Below, in pieces: positions 18,446 through 27,559 of a DNA stretch of 40,170 nucleotides (position 1 is its first letter; every line of letters starts with the position of its first letter). A model generated the notes under the pieces. That model made no database searches and was not told the DNA's origin. It worked only from the letters and a program-made list of their open reading frames with translations. A program made the translations under genes and the position numbers. This stretch comes from a virus. The stretch spans positions 1 to 40,170 of the IMG/VR virus record IMGVR_UViG_3300045988_166694; one strand, given 5' to 3'.

Positions 18446-19831
18446 TTATAAATGGTAAGGGGTGATTAGTGTGGTGATATCAAAAGTTATGCCAGTTAGC
18501 CACCACCAGCTCCACCATTGTGAGGTAAACCACCATTGACCGCCACTAGCTCGGTTGCCCCACGCCCACGCCACGATAGAGTAGATATCGATATCACCAT
18601 TATCTCTTGGCTCGATAGAAAAACCACAATGAATACTCGGGTCAGTCATCATCAACATGGTCGGCTGTGAGCCGTTAATATAGCCCCTGGTCGGATAATT
18701 GCCACTTGGTGAAAATGCCCAGACAAATAATTCATTAGTAGCACCGGCTGATATCACGTTTTCTGTAATATTGAAGTTAGAGTAGGCAAAGATAGCATCG
18801 GTGCTGTTAGCTGGAAAATACACGTCAAAGTTGCCATCACCGTCATACTGCCACCAAGCCTCATGAATGGTTGACCTGAGATTGCCGCTACCAATCTCGC
18901 TATGAGCTAGGTTGATTATCCTAAGCTGTCCAGCTGGTATGCCAGTCCTGATAGTGTGAACATGTTTTTTGTACATGCCATGACCTGACCTATAGACGTT
19001 ATCCCAAGTAAATGGATTAGGTGTAACTGGTGGTTCTGGGGCGTCACCTAGTACGGTAAACTTGTACGTTCTAATCTGAGGTGTTTTACGTGAAATATCC
19101 GCCCCGATTAGCTTGTAGGCACTGTTCAGATAGACAACGTTATCATCATAGGGTGATAGTACCTTTAAGCCATAATCAGCTCTTGGCACGATACCGCCAT
19201 CTTTAGGTGGTAGTTCGCTTGACCCCTCGGCATCATCCTCATAGTAAGGCTTACCCTTACCTGAATACTGCACTTTGTAGGTTTTACTCACTAAATCAAA
19301 GAGGCAATCACTCGGGGCGGGTGTGGTGCTGTATTCAGTGCTACCTTGCTTAACTGGTACTACGTGCAACCGTTCAGCACCAGTCTCGTCTCGTAAGATA
19401 ACCTCACCCACGTCCATTAGTGGTGCTCGTTTTTCAATCTCCCCGCCAGTATTGACTGAACCGATAAAGACTGACCGGCTAGGGTTGATAATCGTGCTAT
19501 TGAGTTCTACTCGCCGTCCATTGATTGAGCCATAGCTAGGCTCGATATGTAGACGATAAATCGGGCTACTATCATAAGGGATATCAAATATGTCGGGATA
19601 ATCCAAAGCTACTCTCTTACTGCCATAATACATATAAAACTTGTTGTCCATAATTTCACAGCCAAACTGGTCTGGTGTTGTATAAGTAGCTCTACTACCA
19701 CACAGCCAGCCATTACCCGGATAACGGTCTTTAGTCCTAAATACACCGTCAACAGTCCAGCCGTGCTGAACAATGACGTTGCTATCGATTGACTGGGTAT
19801 CGCCGACACCGCCCAGTCTAAGCCACCTCAT
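18446..19831 (-). CDS. Virion or tail protein (461 aa) with a Trp-rich C-terminal tail 'SGGQWWFTSQWWSWWWLTGITF'.
   Basis: Position in the structural operon. Unusual aromatic C-terminus. Confidence 0.5.
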   Translation of the reverse strand: MRWLRLGGVGDTQSIDSNVIVQHGWTVDGVFRTKDRYPGNGWLCGSRATYTTPDQFGCEIMDNKFYMYYGSKRVALDYPDIFDIPYDSSPIYRLHIEPSYGSINGRRVELNSTIINPSRSVFIGSVNTGGEIEKRAPLMDVGEVILRDETGAERLHVVPVKQGSTEYSTTPAPSDCLFDLVSKTYKVQYSGKGKPYYEDDAEGSSELPPKDGGIVPRADYGLKVLSPYDDNVVYLNSAYKLIGADISRKTPQIRTYKFTVLGDAPEPPVTPNPFTWDNVYRSGHGMYKKHVHTIRTGIPAGQLRIINLAHSEIGSGNLRSTIHEAWWQYDGDGNFDVYFPANSTDAIFAYSNFNITENVISAGATNELFVWAFSPSGNYPTRGYINGSQPTMLMMTDPSIHCGFSIEPRDNGDIDIYSIVAWAWGNRASGGQWWFTSQWWSWWWLTGITFDITTLITPYHL

Positions 19832-20727
19832 GGATTGACCACCAATCTAGTCACCTCACTAGCTACCATCGGCTGCCTCACTACTACCAGGCTGCTCTTG
19901 GGATAGACTAAATGCCCATCGATATTGAACCCTTTGACCCCGTTTAAGGTATAGGCTCGATAGCCTCCTGCGTCCTGATAAGATACACCAGCGTTATGCC
20001 ATAACCCTTGGCTATCTTGGATAAAAGAGTAGGCTGCCACCTGGTTATAATCCATACCACCAGGCAGTGGATAGAAGCTACTCTCTTTCTTGTCAAAGGT
20101 CGCCACCTTGACCGCTAGCACTAGCTGGCTCTGCACCATAGCGTTCAAGCCTAGCTTATCCGGGTCTGTCTCTTTAGGATTATCGCTGAGGATATGTTTT
20201 AAGCCATAATCGTACGTCTCACCCCAATCAGTGGTATCGGGGGTATCAAAATAGGGGTATTCAATGTCATGACTGATATCTACAGCGATAAGCAAAGCTC
20301 TATCTTTGAGCGTCTGAGCTCTATGCTCGTTATATATGTTTAAGTCGTAAGCGGTAATCTCTTGATATATCCAGCTCTCATCCCACCAAAAACCTCTGTA
20401 CGTCTCACCGAATGAGGCTGGTTTATCTGTAGTGATTAGCATCGGTGGATAGCCTAGATTATGTAGTAGCTTAGCCCTGTACTTGTAGACAGTTCTCATC
20501 TCACCGCTACGTATATTATATTCAGTAGTAGCACCATCTTGTAGTACCTGCCAGGGGCTATTCTGGTCAATGGTAGTTATCCATTGCAAACAAGGAAAAG
20601 ATGAGCAATACAGCAAGTTCACATCTGAAGCTGTTCTGGCGTCATAGCCTTTCTTAGCTATTTTGATGCCGTAATCCTGCCTAGGTCGCATCGTTGACGG
20701 CATCGGCTTTGGTTCAAGAATTAGCAC
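19828..20727 (-). CDS. Tail or structural protein (299 aa).
   Basis: Operon position only. Confidence 0.45.
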   Translation of the reverse strand: MLILEPKPMPSTMRPRQDYGIKIAKKGYDARTASDVNLLYCSSFPCLQWITTIDQNSPWQVLQDGATTEYNIRSGEMRTVYKYRAKLLHNLGYPPMLITTDKPASFGETYRGFWWDESWIYQEITAYDLNIYNEHRAQTLKDRALLIAVDISHDIEYPYFDTPDTTDWGETYDYGLKHILSDNPKETDPDKLGLNAMVQSQLVLAVKVATFDKKESSFYPLPGGMDYNQVAAYSFIQDSQGLWHNAGVSYQDAGGYRAYTLNGVKGFNIDGHLVYPKSSLVVVRQPMVASEVTRLVVNP

Positions 20728-20987
20728 TAGAAAGCTCCTGGTGAATAGCCCATCAGCACGACTACTCTGCCCTTGTTGTCCTTAACTTGATAGAGACCCT
20801 GCACCACCTGAGTACCTCTAGTGACACCTGTCCTAGTCTGGCGTGGTGCTATCTGGGTCTGCTGAGCAATATCCAACTCACTGACATTGCCAATCTCCTC
20901 AAAGGTAGCCTTAAGCTCGGTTGGTTTAGTCTGAGAATAGCTGGTTACTAAATCGTTAGTGTTCTGATTATATACAGGTTCTGCCAT
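20727..20987 (-). CDS. Small structural protein (86 aa).
   Basis: ATGA overlap with neighbouring genes on both sides, which suggests translational coupling. Confidence 0.4.
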   Translation of the reverse strand: MAEPVYNQNTNDLVTSYSQTKPTELKATFEEIGNVSELDIAQQTQIAPRQTRTGVTRGTQVVQGLYQVKDNKGRVVVLMGYSPGAF

Positions 20988-23002
20988 TATTTATGCATCT
21001 TGCCCTCCTCGGGCAAGCTCCTTATGTTAATACCGATTGACGTTATTCTGGCAGGCTTGGTAGCACCGTCATTTATGCCCTCTAAACCAAATTGTAGCAC
21101 CTTAAATCGCTTGTTCACTTCAAAATACAGCTCTGTACTGCCTGGCTTAGCTTTGCCCTCGCTGAATACCCAATTACCGCCATTTATCTTGTACTTTAGC
21201 CTAATCGTGCACCCCTGAGGCAACGGGTCAAAGGTAGCCACCATCCTGAGTAGTTCTTTAGCTTTCCAAGGGTAGCCACCATCATACTCCAAGCTCTCAT
21301 ACTTAAACTTCTTAGCTGGCTTTGATGAGTTATTGACTACAGTTATATACCAGGTATCAGAGTTGTTGACGTTGTCGTGAACTCGATTAGAGATGTAAAG
21401 GTTTTCGCCAAAGTTCCAAATACCGCCGACTTCAAAGCTATACTTATCCGTATTACAGTTGTCGGGCAAACCGGGTAAAGCGTATGAATAATAGTAGCTG
21501 TTCGGATAGTTCTTGTCTAATGAGCCATAGCTGTAAACGCCAGCTCTGGTATTTAACGTTGTCTTGCCTGGATAGACCAGTAGCAATATCCCTTTGCGCA
21601 CCGTCATAGCATGGTCATAAACGACCGTCTGGTTATCTACACCTGAAAACTCACCCAAGTCACTGGTGAGCGTTCGTATCTTAGCGATAGCCTTTGAGCC
21701 GGTATAAGCATATAAGCCGTTGTCTATCACCATGTAGATGATGTTCTGATGAGAATAGAGGCTCTGAGGTGCGCCCTCTTCTAAATCCACTCTGAAGTTG
21801 ACGTTATCGGCCACGCAGTCCCAGAAGCATAGGCTACCTTGCTGAAAGTCTCTCGATTGACCCTTACCGACCCTTTCACAGCCCATCACAATATATTCAT
21901 CTGAACTGGTCAAGCTGGTTATCTCCATGCCGTCAACGGCACTGACACGGTTAGCTTGCATCACTTCGGGCGTCTCTGCCTCTGCCCCTGTCGGTAACCA
22001 CTGCATCAGATATCTGCCATTACCGACTAGCAATGTGCCGTCCTTGTAAGCCATTATCGGATGATAGCCACTGCTGGTGATATTTAACGCATTAGCATAA
22101 TATCTGAAGTGCAATCCATACATCTTGCCGCTCTCGTATGCATCGACTGTCCAGTCATTAGTATCAGCTACTAGATGAATATGATATTCTGTTCCACCTG
22201 TCTTATAGGTCACAATTTCAATCGGTTTTGAAAAGCTAAAATCAATCGTGCCATCGGGCTTAATATCGCTAACAGACGCCTTGGCTTTAGCTATCTCTTT
22301 ATTGGCGTTGTTATGTAAAATCAGCGTCATCTCACCTGATGCTGGATGAGACCTAACTCTAACCGCTATCTTAGCCATCGGTGAGACATCAGGTATGAAG
22401 ACACACTTGTCGTCGTCGCCTTCAGAGAGGGCTGTTTTGACCACTGTAGTACCAGCCCCGCCACTCTTAAATGACCACCTGTCCACGCCATTGCCCGTCA
22501 GATAGCCGGCAGGACTTCTGACTAGTATCTGAGCAACAGTGTTAGACGTGCTGTAATTCAAGCTATGAACTACTACTCTGCTTGAAAGGTTATCGCCAGT
22601 GACGTTGTCAAAACTGTACAGCCTGTTGTTAGCTGTAATATACAGCGTGTCGTTCATATTTTGATAGGCAATATCAGCTCGACTGACGCTATCTGTCCAA
22701 ACGTTAGCCATAACTGTTGCTATATTAGCTCTGTCCACTTTAATCAGCTTGCCGCGATCGGTTATCATCCATTTCATGCCATCGGCTGATTGTGTCATGC
22801 CTGTGACAAGACCTAGCTCAGTGGTCTTGCGGATAATATCAGCTTCAGCCAAAACAGTCATAGCACTAGGCTCTAATCTAGCGTCTAAGCACTCGCTATT
22901 AGCGTAAGCGTTCTTGATACCGACCTTCTTATCCGAGCCTTGCCCGCCGTAAAACGACGTCTGACAGATAACTAAATCTGTACTATCGTATCGGCTAGCC
23001 AT
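20987..23002 (-). CDS. Large tail protein (671 aa). Tailspike, tail-fibre or tail-knob candidate.
   Basis: Largest protein of the minus-strand operon. β-rich composition. Confidence 0.45.
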   Translation of the reverse strand: MASRYDSTDLVICQTSFYGGQGSDKKVGIKNAYANSECLDARLEPSAMTVLAEADIIRKTTELGLVTGMTQSADGMKWMITDRGKLIKVDRANIATVMANVWTDSVSRADIAYQNMNDTLYITANNRLYSFDNVTGDNLSSRVVVHSLNYSTSNTVAQILVRSPAGYLTGNGVDRWSFKSGGAGTTVVKTALSEGDDDKCVFIPDVSPMAKIAVRVRSHPASGEMTLILHNNANKEIAKAKASVSDIKPDGTIDFSFSKPIEIVTYKTGGTEYHIHLVADTNDWTVDAYESGKMYGLHFRYYANALNITSSGYHPIMAYKDGTLLVGNGRYLMQWLPTGAEAETPEVMQANRVSAVDGMEITSLTSSDEYIVMGCERVGKGQSRDFQQGSLCFWDCVADNVNFRVDLEEGAPQSLYSHQNIIYMVIDNGLYAYTGSKAIAKIRTLTSDLGEFSGVDNQTVVYDHAMTVRKGILLLVYPGKTTLNTRAGVYSYGSLDKNYPNSYYYSYALPGLPDNCNTDKYSFEVGGIWNFGENLYISNRVHDNVNNSDTWYITVVNNSSKPAKKFKYESLEYDGGYPWKAKELLRMVATFDPLPQGCTIRLKYKINGGNWVFSEGKAKPGSTELYFEVNKRFKVLQFGLEGINDGATKPARITSIGINIRSLPEEGKMHK

Positions 23003-23873
23003 TTAGCCTCCAAGGCGACACTCGTGGGTCATTGACAGGCAATCTTGGATATGGATTGATAACGCCATCTGACGTCTTCAAGCCATACGTTGTTCTGTAT
23101 CGCTCCACTAGCTCATCATAGAGTTGCTTATAGTAGCCTGCCGTCTGCAAGTCTTTGCGCATCAGATAAAACTGTTGACAGGCATAGTAAACGATGGCGT
23201 CGTGATATTCTTCAGGAATATCGACGCTCTGACCGATTGTAACAGTAGCGTTATCTGAGCTATCGCCCTCGTAATAGTTCTGTAATAACAGGTGAGTGTC
23301 GTCAAGCCGTCTGTCTATTTTAATCGCTCGCTCATCTGAAAATATCATATAGCAGTCGTCTACTACGTCAGATCTGAACTTGTCGCCACCCACAGCTTCA
23401 ACCGCATCGCTGTTAGTCTCTAGCTTGACTTTAATAGAATAGTCGTCGATATGTAGCCTAGTCGCTTTAGCCTCATAAATGACTTTTAATCCATCAGTAA
23501 CATTTACTGAACTCGGCGGCAACAGCTCAATCTGACGTGGTGTCTTGACAAAATAGTATGTCGGTTGTGAGGCTAAAGTTAGCCAGTTATGTTTAACCGC
23601 TAGATATTCGCTAGTACTTTTAATCTCAATCAGCTCATTATCCCTAGCCGTCACAGCTGTTATTCTCAAAACGTCATCGCTTAGCTGATATGCTGTCTGC
23701 TTAGCTATCAGATCGGTCGTCTTAGTCTTAGTCACAGGATATCGTCTAGCTAGAGAATTGACGAGCTGAGCGCCCGAACAGACATCTTTAGCTATCTTAA
23801 CCAGCTCATCTGAGCTGTCGTCTAAACCGCACAGCTGAGCGACTTCTGACTTCATCTGAGTAAACGTCTTCAT
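22995..23873 (-). CDS. First gene of the minus-strand late operon (292 aa). Head-tail adaptor or tail protein candidate. Probably translated from a leaderless mRNA.
   Basis: Its ATG lies 6 nt after the TATAAT of the inverted late-promoter copy. No Shine-Dalgarno sequence. Confidence 0.45.
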   Translation of the reverse strand: MKTFTQMKSEVAQLCGLDDSSDELVKIAKDVCSGAQLVNSLARRYPVTKTKTTDLIAKQTAYQLSDDVLRITAVTARDNELIEIKSTSEYLAVKHNWLTLASQPTYYFVKTPRQIELLPPSSVNVTDGLKVIYEAKATRLHIDDYSIKVKLETNSDAVEAVGGDKFRSDVVDDCYMIFSDERAIKIDRRLDDTHLLLQNYYEGDSSDNATVTIGQSVDIPEEYHDAIVYYACQQFYLMRKDLQTAGYYKQLYDELVERYRTTYGLKTSDGVINPYPRLPVNDPRVSPWRLNG

Positions 23874-23925
23874 ATCTCAATTATAACGTATTATCATGAC
23901 GTCAACCTGATGCTGTTATTACAAT
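23874..23925 (-). promoter_or_regulatory. Late promoter element, copy B: the same 31-mer as at 1-31 in inverted orientation, followed by TATAAT and a leaderless ATG.
   Basis: The reverse complement of about 23895-23925 equals bases 1-31 exactly. Confidence 0.6.
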
Positions 23926-23943
23926 GATGATCGTAGCTAAAAC

Positions 23944-24003
23944 GCTTGATTTTTAATAAGCACTTTGATACTATAATAGTGTCAAGTTAATAAGGAGGAC
24001 AAC
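23944..24003 (+). promoter_or_regulatory. Early promoter-leader cassette P1: TTGATT, 17 bp, TACTAT (TATAAT), then GTGTCAAG leader, AAGGAGGACAAC and the ATG.
   Basis: Aligns with three further cassettes at about 27755, 30110 and 33199. Confidence 0.6.
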
Positions 24004-24459
24004 ATGACAACTACAGTTAAAGATATCGCTTCTCAAGAGACATACGCCACGAACGTGACAGTTTCGTATTCAGCCGGCGAATTCGTTTTGCCAAGATGGT
24101 TCATCAACAAAAATCTTTCGCAGAGCCAAGCATACGCTGTCAGCGTTGAGGGCTGCGGGAAAGCAGTTAAAGAGACAGAGAAGGCTATTGACATCGAATT
24201 CACTACTGATTATGGAAAAGTATGGCTTTGGTGTCCGAAGTCAATTCTCAAAACAATCGATGAAGTTGCAGATGAGTTGATTGCGGCGACGAAAAAGTTC
24301 AATGATAAGATGAGCAAGCGTACCGAACTTATCGAGAAAATGAGAGCTTTGGGCGTCAAAGGCATTAGCAATCATCAGCGAACTGAGACAATTTTTAGTA
24401 AAGCTAAAAGCCAAGGCATCGACGTCTCTGATGTTGAAAAGTGGTATTTTAATAAATAA
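24004..24459 (+). CDS. First early protein (151 aa) of unknown function.
   Basis: Preceded by the canonical 'AAGGAGGACAACATG'. Confidence 0.55.
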   Translation: MTTTVKDIASQETYATNVTVSYSAGEFVLPRWFINKNLSQSQAYAVSVEGCGKAVKETEKAIDIEFTTDYGKVWLWCPKSILKTIDEVADELIAATKKFNDKMSKRTELIEKMRALGVKGISNHQRTETIFSKAKSQGIDVSDVEKWYFNK

Positions 24460-24473
24460 GAAAGGACAGAATT

Positions 24474-24614
24474 ATGAGAGCATCAGTTTACAGAAGATTA
24501 CAAGAACAGAGAATAATAGAACTGTCAAGGCTTGCGGTTTCAGCCGGTCTACTAGTGATTTTAAGCTTAATCTTCATCATATCTTTTGGATGTGCGCTAG
24601 CTAAGTTCAACTAG
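24474..24614 (+). CDS. Small hydrophobic peptide of about 46 aa, found by hand and absent from the ORF track (MRASVYRRLQEQRIIELSRLAVSAGLLVILSLIFIISFGCALAKFN).
   Basis: Ribosome-binding site 'AAAGGACAG' with 4-nt spacing. One transmembrane helix. Coordinates are approximate. Confidence 0.3.
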   Translation: MRASVYRRLQEQRIIELSRLAVSAGLLVILSLIFIISFGCALAKFN

Positions 24615-24900
24615 CCCCATCTAGTTTAGACGCCTCTTCTATAGTAGTAGCAGGGGCGTCTTCTTTTGGTATAAAGCCATAATCTTTGGCACTTTCAGGG
24701 TAATAATCGATGAAGTCTTGGTTGGGCGAGCCATCAGGATTGTGAGGCTGAATTAGCTCATGAGCGTGAGCTATAGCCTCATTGGTCAGTTGGTTGTCTT
24801 GACTAATGGTGCTTATGGTTGTATTAGATGAGTTAGATATAGACTGTCTGTCGTTTCGTTCAATCAGTCTATTATCTAGCGTTATTGTCCATCCAGCCAT
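24607..24900 (-). CDS. Hypothetical protein (97 aa), last gene of the minus-strand island. The start is uncertain because it overlaps the upstream gene by 29 nt.
   Basis: ORF track entry with coding-like composition. Confidence 0.35.
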   Translation of the reverse strand: MAGWTITLDNRLIERNDRQSISNSSNTTISTISQDNQLTNEAIAHAHELIQPHNPDGSPNQDFIDYYPESAKDYGFIPKEDAPATTIEEASKLDGAS

Positions 24901-25189
24901 AGCCCGCCCCCTTTTCTATTTCACGTGAATGTTCTGCTCTAATCTGAGCGGGTGTTTTAGTGCCAACCACGCCAGATACTTTTCTGAGAGGCAGCTGATT
25001 AGCACCCTTGAACGGATCGGTCACTTTGCCCGTTACGCCATAGCCTGGCACTAAAACTCTAATAGCTCTCTCGTTTAAGTCGTCTAACCGTTTAGTAGCA
25101 TTACGAATATCCATGTCGAGATAGTGAACTTTAACAGCTACTACTATCTGTAGTATGACAATAGCGATGAAGGATACAGCTTCTATCAT
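24872..25189 (-). CDS. Membrane-anchored protein (105 aa) with an N-terminal transmembrane helix 'VSFIAIVILQIVVAV'.
   Basis: Directly downstream of the GroEL homologue. Confidence 0.45.
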   Translation of the reverse strand: MIEAVSFIAIVILQIVVAVKVHYLDMDIRNATKRLDDLNERAIRVLVPGYGVTGKVTDPFKGANQLPLRKVSGVVGTKTPAQIRAEHSREIEKGAGYGWMDNNAR

Positions 25190-25191
25190 TT

Positions 25192-26646
25192 TTAGTCCAA
25201 GTCCTTTTCAAAAGGTAATGCTACTTTAATGCTGAGTAATTGCTTGACAGCACTGGCTGAATTAGCCACTGCTTCTTTAATGGCTAAAGCACTATCTAAA
25301 ACACCAGCTTCTCTCATGTCATTAATCTCATCTGTTGTCAGATCTAAGCCTTGTTTTGATTTAGTGCAACCATCTGAGGTGATCAGGCTGTAGATATCTT
25401 TCAAATAATTTAAGTTTTGAGAAGTGAGGGCGATATCTCTGAGTGCTGTGCCTGCGCCGTAAAGTGCGCCATGCTTTTTAGCTGAAAGAACTGCGCATAT
25501 ACCATCATCTATTCTTAGCTTAGCTTCATGTCGTTCAGCTAAAGTATTAGCCCCGACAGAGATTTTAACTGTTTTAGATTTTAGACGTTTTTGACGGTCT
25601 TCAGGTAACTTTTTGATATAGTTGTCAAGGTCTTGATTTAGCGAGCCATTTAGAACAGTTTCAGTGCTTGTGACTTGAGCATTTTCAACCGTGCCTAGAT
25701 ACTCCTCTGAGAATTGTTCAGGCGATAGAGTGAATGGTTTACAGTTAGAATATTTTGCGACGTCTTGCAAGAACTCGTCACGATTTTTGAAGGGCGGGGC
25801 AACAATCGAGACGTCAAGTTTTCCAGCTAACTTATTAGAGACAGTCGTTTCAAGTGCTTGACCCATGACGTCAGCAATGAGGATTATTCCTTGACCAGGC
25901 TTAAGCTTAATCGCTCGCTCAAGAATAGGAATGATATCGCTGTCAGTCTTGACAGTTTTGGGCAAAACTATTATCAGAGGATTATCATAATAGCTTTTGA
26001 AAGAAGTCAAGTCATTAGCTAATGCGATAGTTGTTAGTCCTTGGTTGAAAGCAAAACCCTCTACGATATCGACGTCGATCTGAGATAATTCTTGTTCGGA
26101 TACGGTGATAGCACCGCCGTCAGAATTAGTAACAGCTAAGTCGACAGCTTGAGCAAGTCGCTCGTCACCTGTCGCCGTCAAAGCGATGTTGTAGTAATCT
26201 TTATCCATCAGATCAGATGGTTTAATCGTAACTGTGTCAAGTCTCTTTAGAATATCGAAAGTGTCATAGTCAATCATGCTGTTTAGCTCACGTGGTGAGA
26301 TGTCTTTTGAAAGAGGTCGATAGTTATCATAAGTAAGTTTAGTTAAAACTACTGTTAAAGTAGTGCCGTCGCCAGCTTTCAGATCTGTTTTAGCACTAGC
26401 TTGACGAGCAATTGATATAGCTGCGTTCTCGATCGGATCAGCTACTTGTAAACTAGCTATGTTAGTAATTCCGTCGTGAGAGACGGTCGGTTCACCATAT
26501 CGATTTTCGATCAAGACATTCCCCGAGTTAGCTCCAAAAGCACAGATAGCCGTATCGTATATTTTAGTCAGACCACTCTTTATCTTAGACGTCAAGTCGT
26601 CGCCTGTTACTACATTTCGCACTAAATTAGTTTTTGGCATCGACAC
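25192..26646 (-). CDS. groEL: Phage-encoded GroEL-family (Hsp60) chaperonin, 484 aa.
   Basis: 'KAGDGTTLTVVL' matches the GroEL ATP-site motif 'AGDGTTTATVL'. 'GQGIILIADVMGQALETTV' matches 'KPLLIIAEDVEGEALATLV'. 'APPFKNRDEFLQD' matches 'KAPGFGDRRKAMLQD'. 'HGALYGAGTALRDIA' matches 'EGVVAGGGVALIRVA'. The protein is collinear with GroEL from the N-terminus to the C-terminus. Confidence 0.8.
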   Translation of the reverse strand: MSMPKTNLVRNVVTGDDLTSKIKSGLTKIYDTAICAFGANSGNVLIENRYGEPTVSHDGITNIASLQVADPIENAAISIARQASAKTDLKAGDGTTLTVVLTKLTYDNYRPLSKDISPRELNSMIDYDTFDILKRLDTVTIKPSDLMDKDYYNIALTATGDERLAQAVDLAVTNSDGGAITVSEQELSQIDVDIVEGFAFNQGLTTIALANDLTSFKSYYDNPLIIVLPKTVKTDSDIIPILERAIKLKPGQGIILIADVMGQALETTVSNKLAGKLDVSIVAPPFKNRDEFLQDVAKYSNCKPFTLSPEQFSEEYLGTVENAQVTSTETVLNGSLNQDLDNYIKKLPEDRQKRLKSKTVKISVGANTLAERHEAKLRIDDGICAVLSAKKHGALYGAGTALRDIALTSQNLNYLKDIYSLITSDGCTKSKQGLDLTTDEINDMREAGVLDSALAIKEAVANSASAVKQLLSIKVALPFEKDLD

Positions 26647-26651
26647 ACCTC

Positions 26652-26972
26652 CTAAATAAGCTTGTAGCCCATTATTTTATTATTCTGAATAAAGACGTAA
26701 CGCTTGTCGTTAATTACGATCGGCTCGCCTGATTGATAAGGCTGAAAATAAACTGTTGTGCCTTGCGGACGAGTAATAGCATCTTTGCCCGAACTTTTGA
26801 TAAGAATACCTTCTGTGATTTGCTCATACTTTTCACGAGAAAGCGTCAAGCCTGAGTCGCTGGTAGACAGCAGTTCCACTAAAGTATAGCCAGGCGTCGG
26901 TTCTAACAATTTGTCCCCCTTTTCAGTCATAATTACTACTGTTAGTTTACTAAAAATGACGCTATATTGCAA
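26652..26972 (-). CDS. groES: GroES-like co-chaperonin (106 aa).
   Basis: Size and position immediately upstream of the GroEL homologue. β-rich sequence with a Gly-containing loop region ('SDSGLTLSREKYEQITEGILIKSSG') comparable to the GroES mobile loop and core. Confidence 0.5.
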   Translation of the reverse strand: MQYSVIFSKLTVVIMTEKGDKLLEPTPGYTLVELLSTSDSGLTLSREKYEQITEGILIKSSGKDAITRPQGTTVYFQPYQSGEPIVINDKRYVFIQNNKIMGYKLI

Positions 26973-27001
26973 GCGTCATTTAGTTGATCGATGATAATCG
27001 G

Positions 27002-27508
27002 TTAGGCTATTTTGCCACCACCCGCTCGGATCCAGGTGTAATCACCGGCTTTAGCTTTGACTTCCATGACGCCGAGAGCTTCATTGCCCGTTGCACCCTT
27101 TACCACACCATTGAAAGCGTTGCTGTCAATAGAGACCGGGGTGTTAGCCGGCACGTCAAAGTCGAGAGCGTCAGCCAGGCTGATATAGCCATTGGTATTT
27201 ACTCCTTGAACCAGATATTGCACGTTAGCGATAGTTGCGATCGCATCTGTGAACACGACCACTTCATCAGCTGTAAAAGTCGCAGCTATTTTTATAGTCG
27301 ACATGCCCGCCGAAGCTGCCTCAGCGTTACCGCTTTTATTACTTTTTTGAACGATCACCTTGTCGCCGGGAACGACATTGCCGCCGATCCTGCTATAGCG
27401 ATAGACTCGACCGTCAGCCATGCGGGCGAACTTACCCAAAACCTCTTGCTGCACATCTGATACAGCGTGGATATCACTGTTATTCAATACATTTCGTACA
27501 TTTGCCAT
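27002..27508 (-). CDS. β-rich hypothetical protein (168 aa), first gene of the minus-strand island. It looks structural or decoration-like.
   Basis: Ribosome-binding site 'AAAGGAAG'. It is far more protein-like than the overlapping plus-strand ORF 26984..27460. Confidence 0.5.
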   Translation of the reverse strand: MANVRNVLNNSDIHAVSDVQQEVLGKFARMADGRVYRYSRIGGNVVPGDKVIVQKSNKSGNAEAASAGMSTIKIAATFTADEVVVFTDAIATIANVQYLVQGVNTNGYISLADALDFDVPANTPVSIDSNAFNGVVKGATGNEALGVMEVKAKAGDYTWIRAGGGKIA

Positions 27509-27559
27509 AAACTTCCTTTCGTTTATAAAACTATTCTAACAGAGAAAGTAGCTGATCGG

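Noticed and set aside
1-23925. The 31-bp perfect inverted repeats as ends of a transposon-like or invertible segment.
   Set aside because: They are 23.9 kb apart and bracket essential morphogenesis genes. Each is followed by TATAAT and a start codon in the orientation expected for a promoter. A promoter role is more parsimonious, although RecT-mediated inversion isomers cannot be excluded without long reads.
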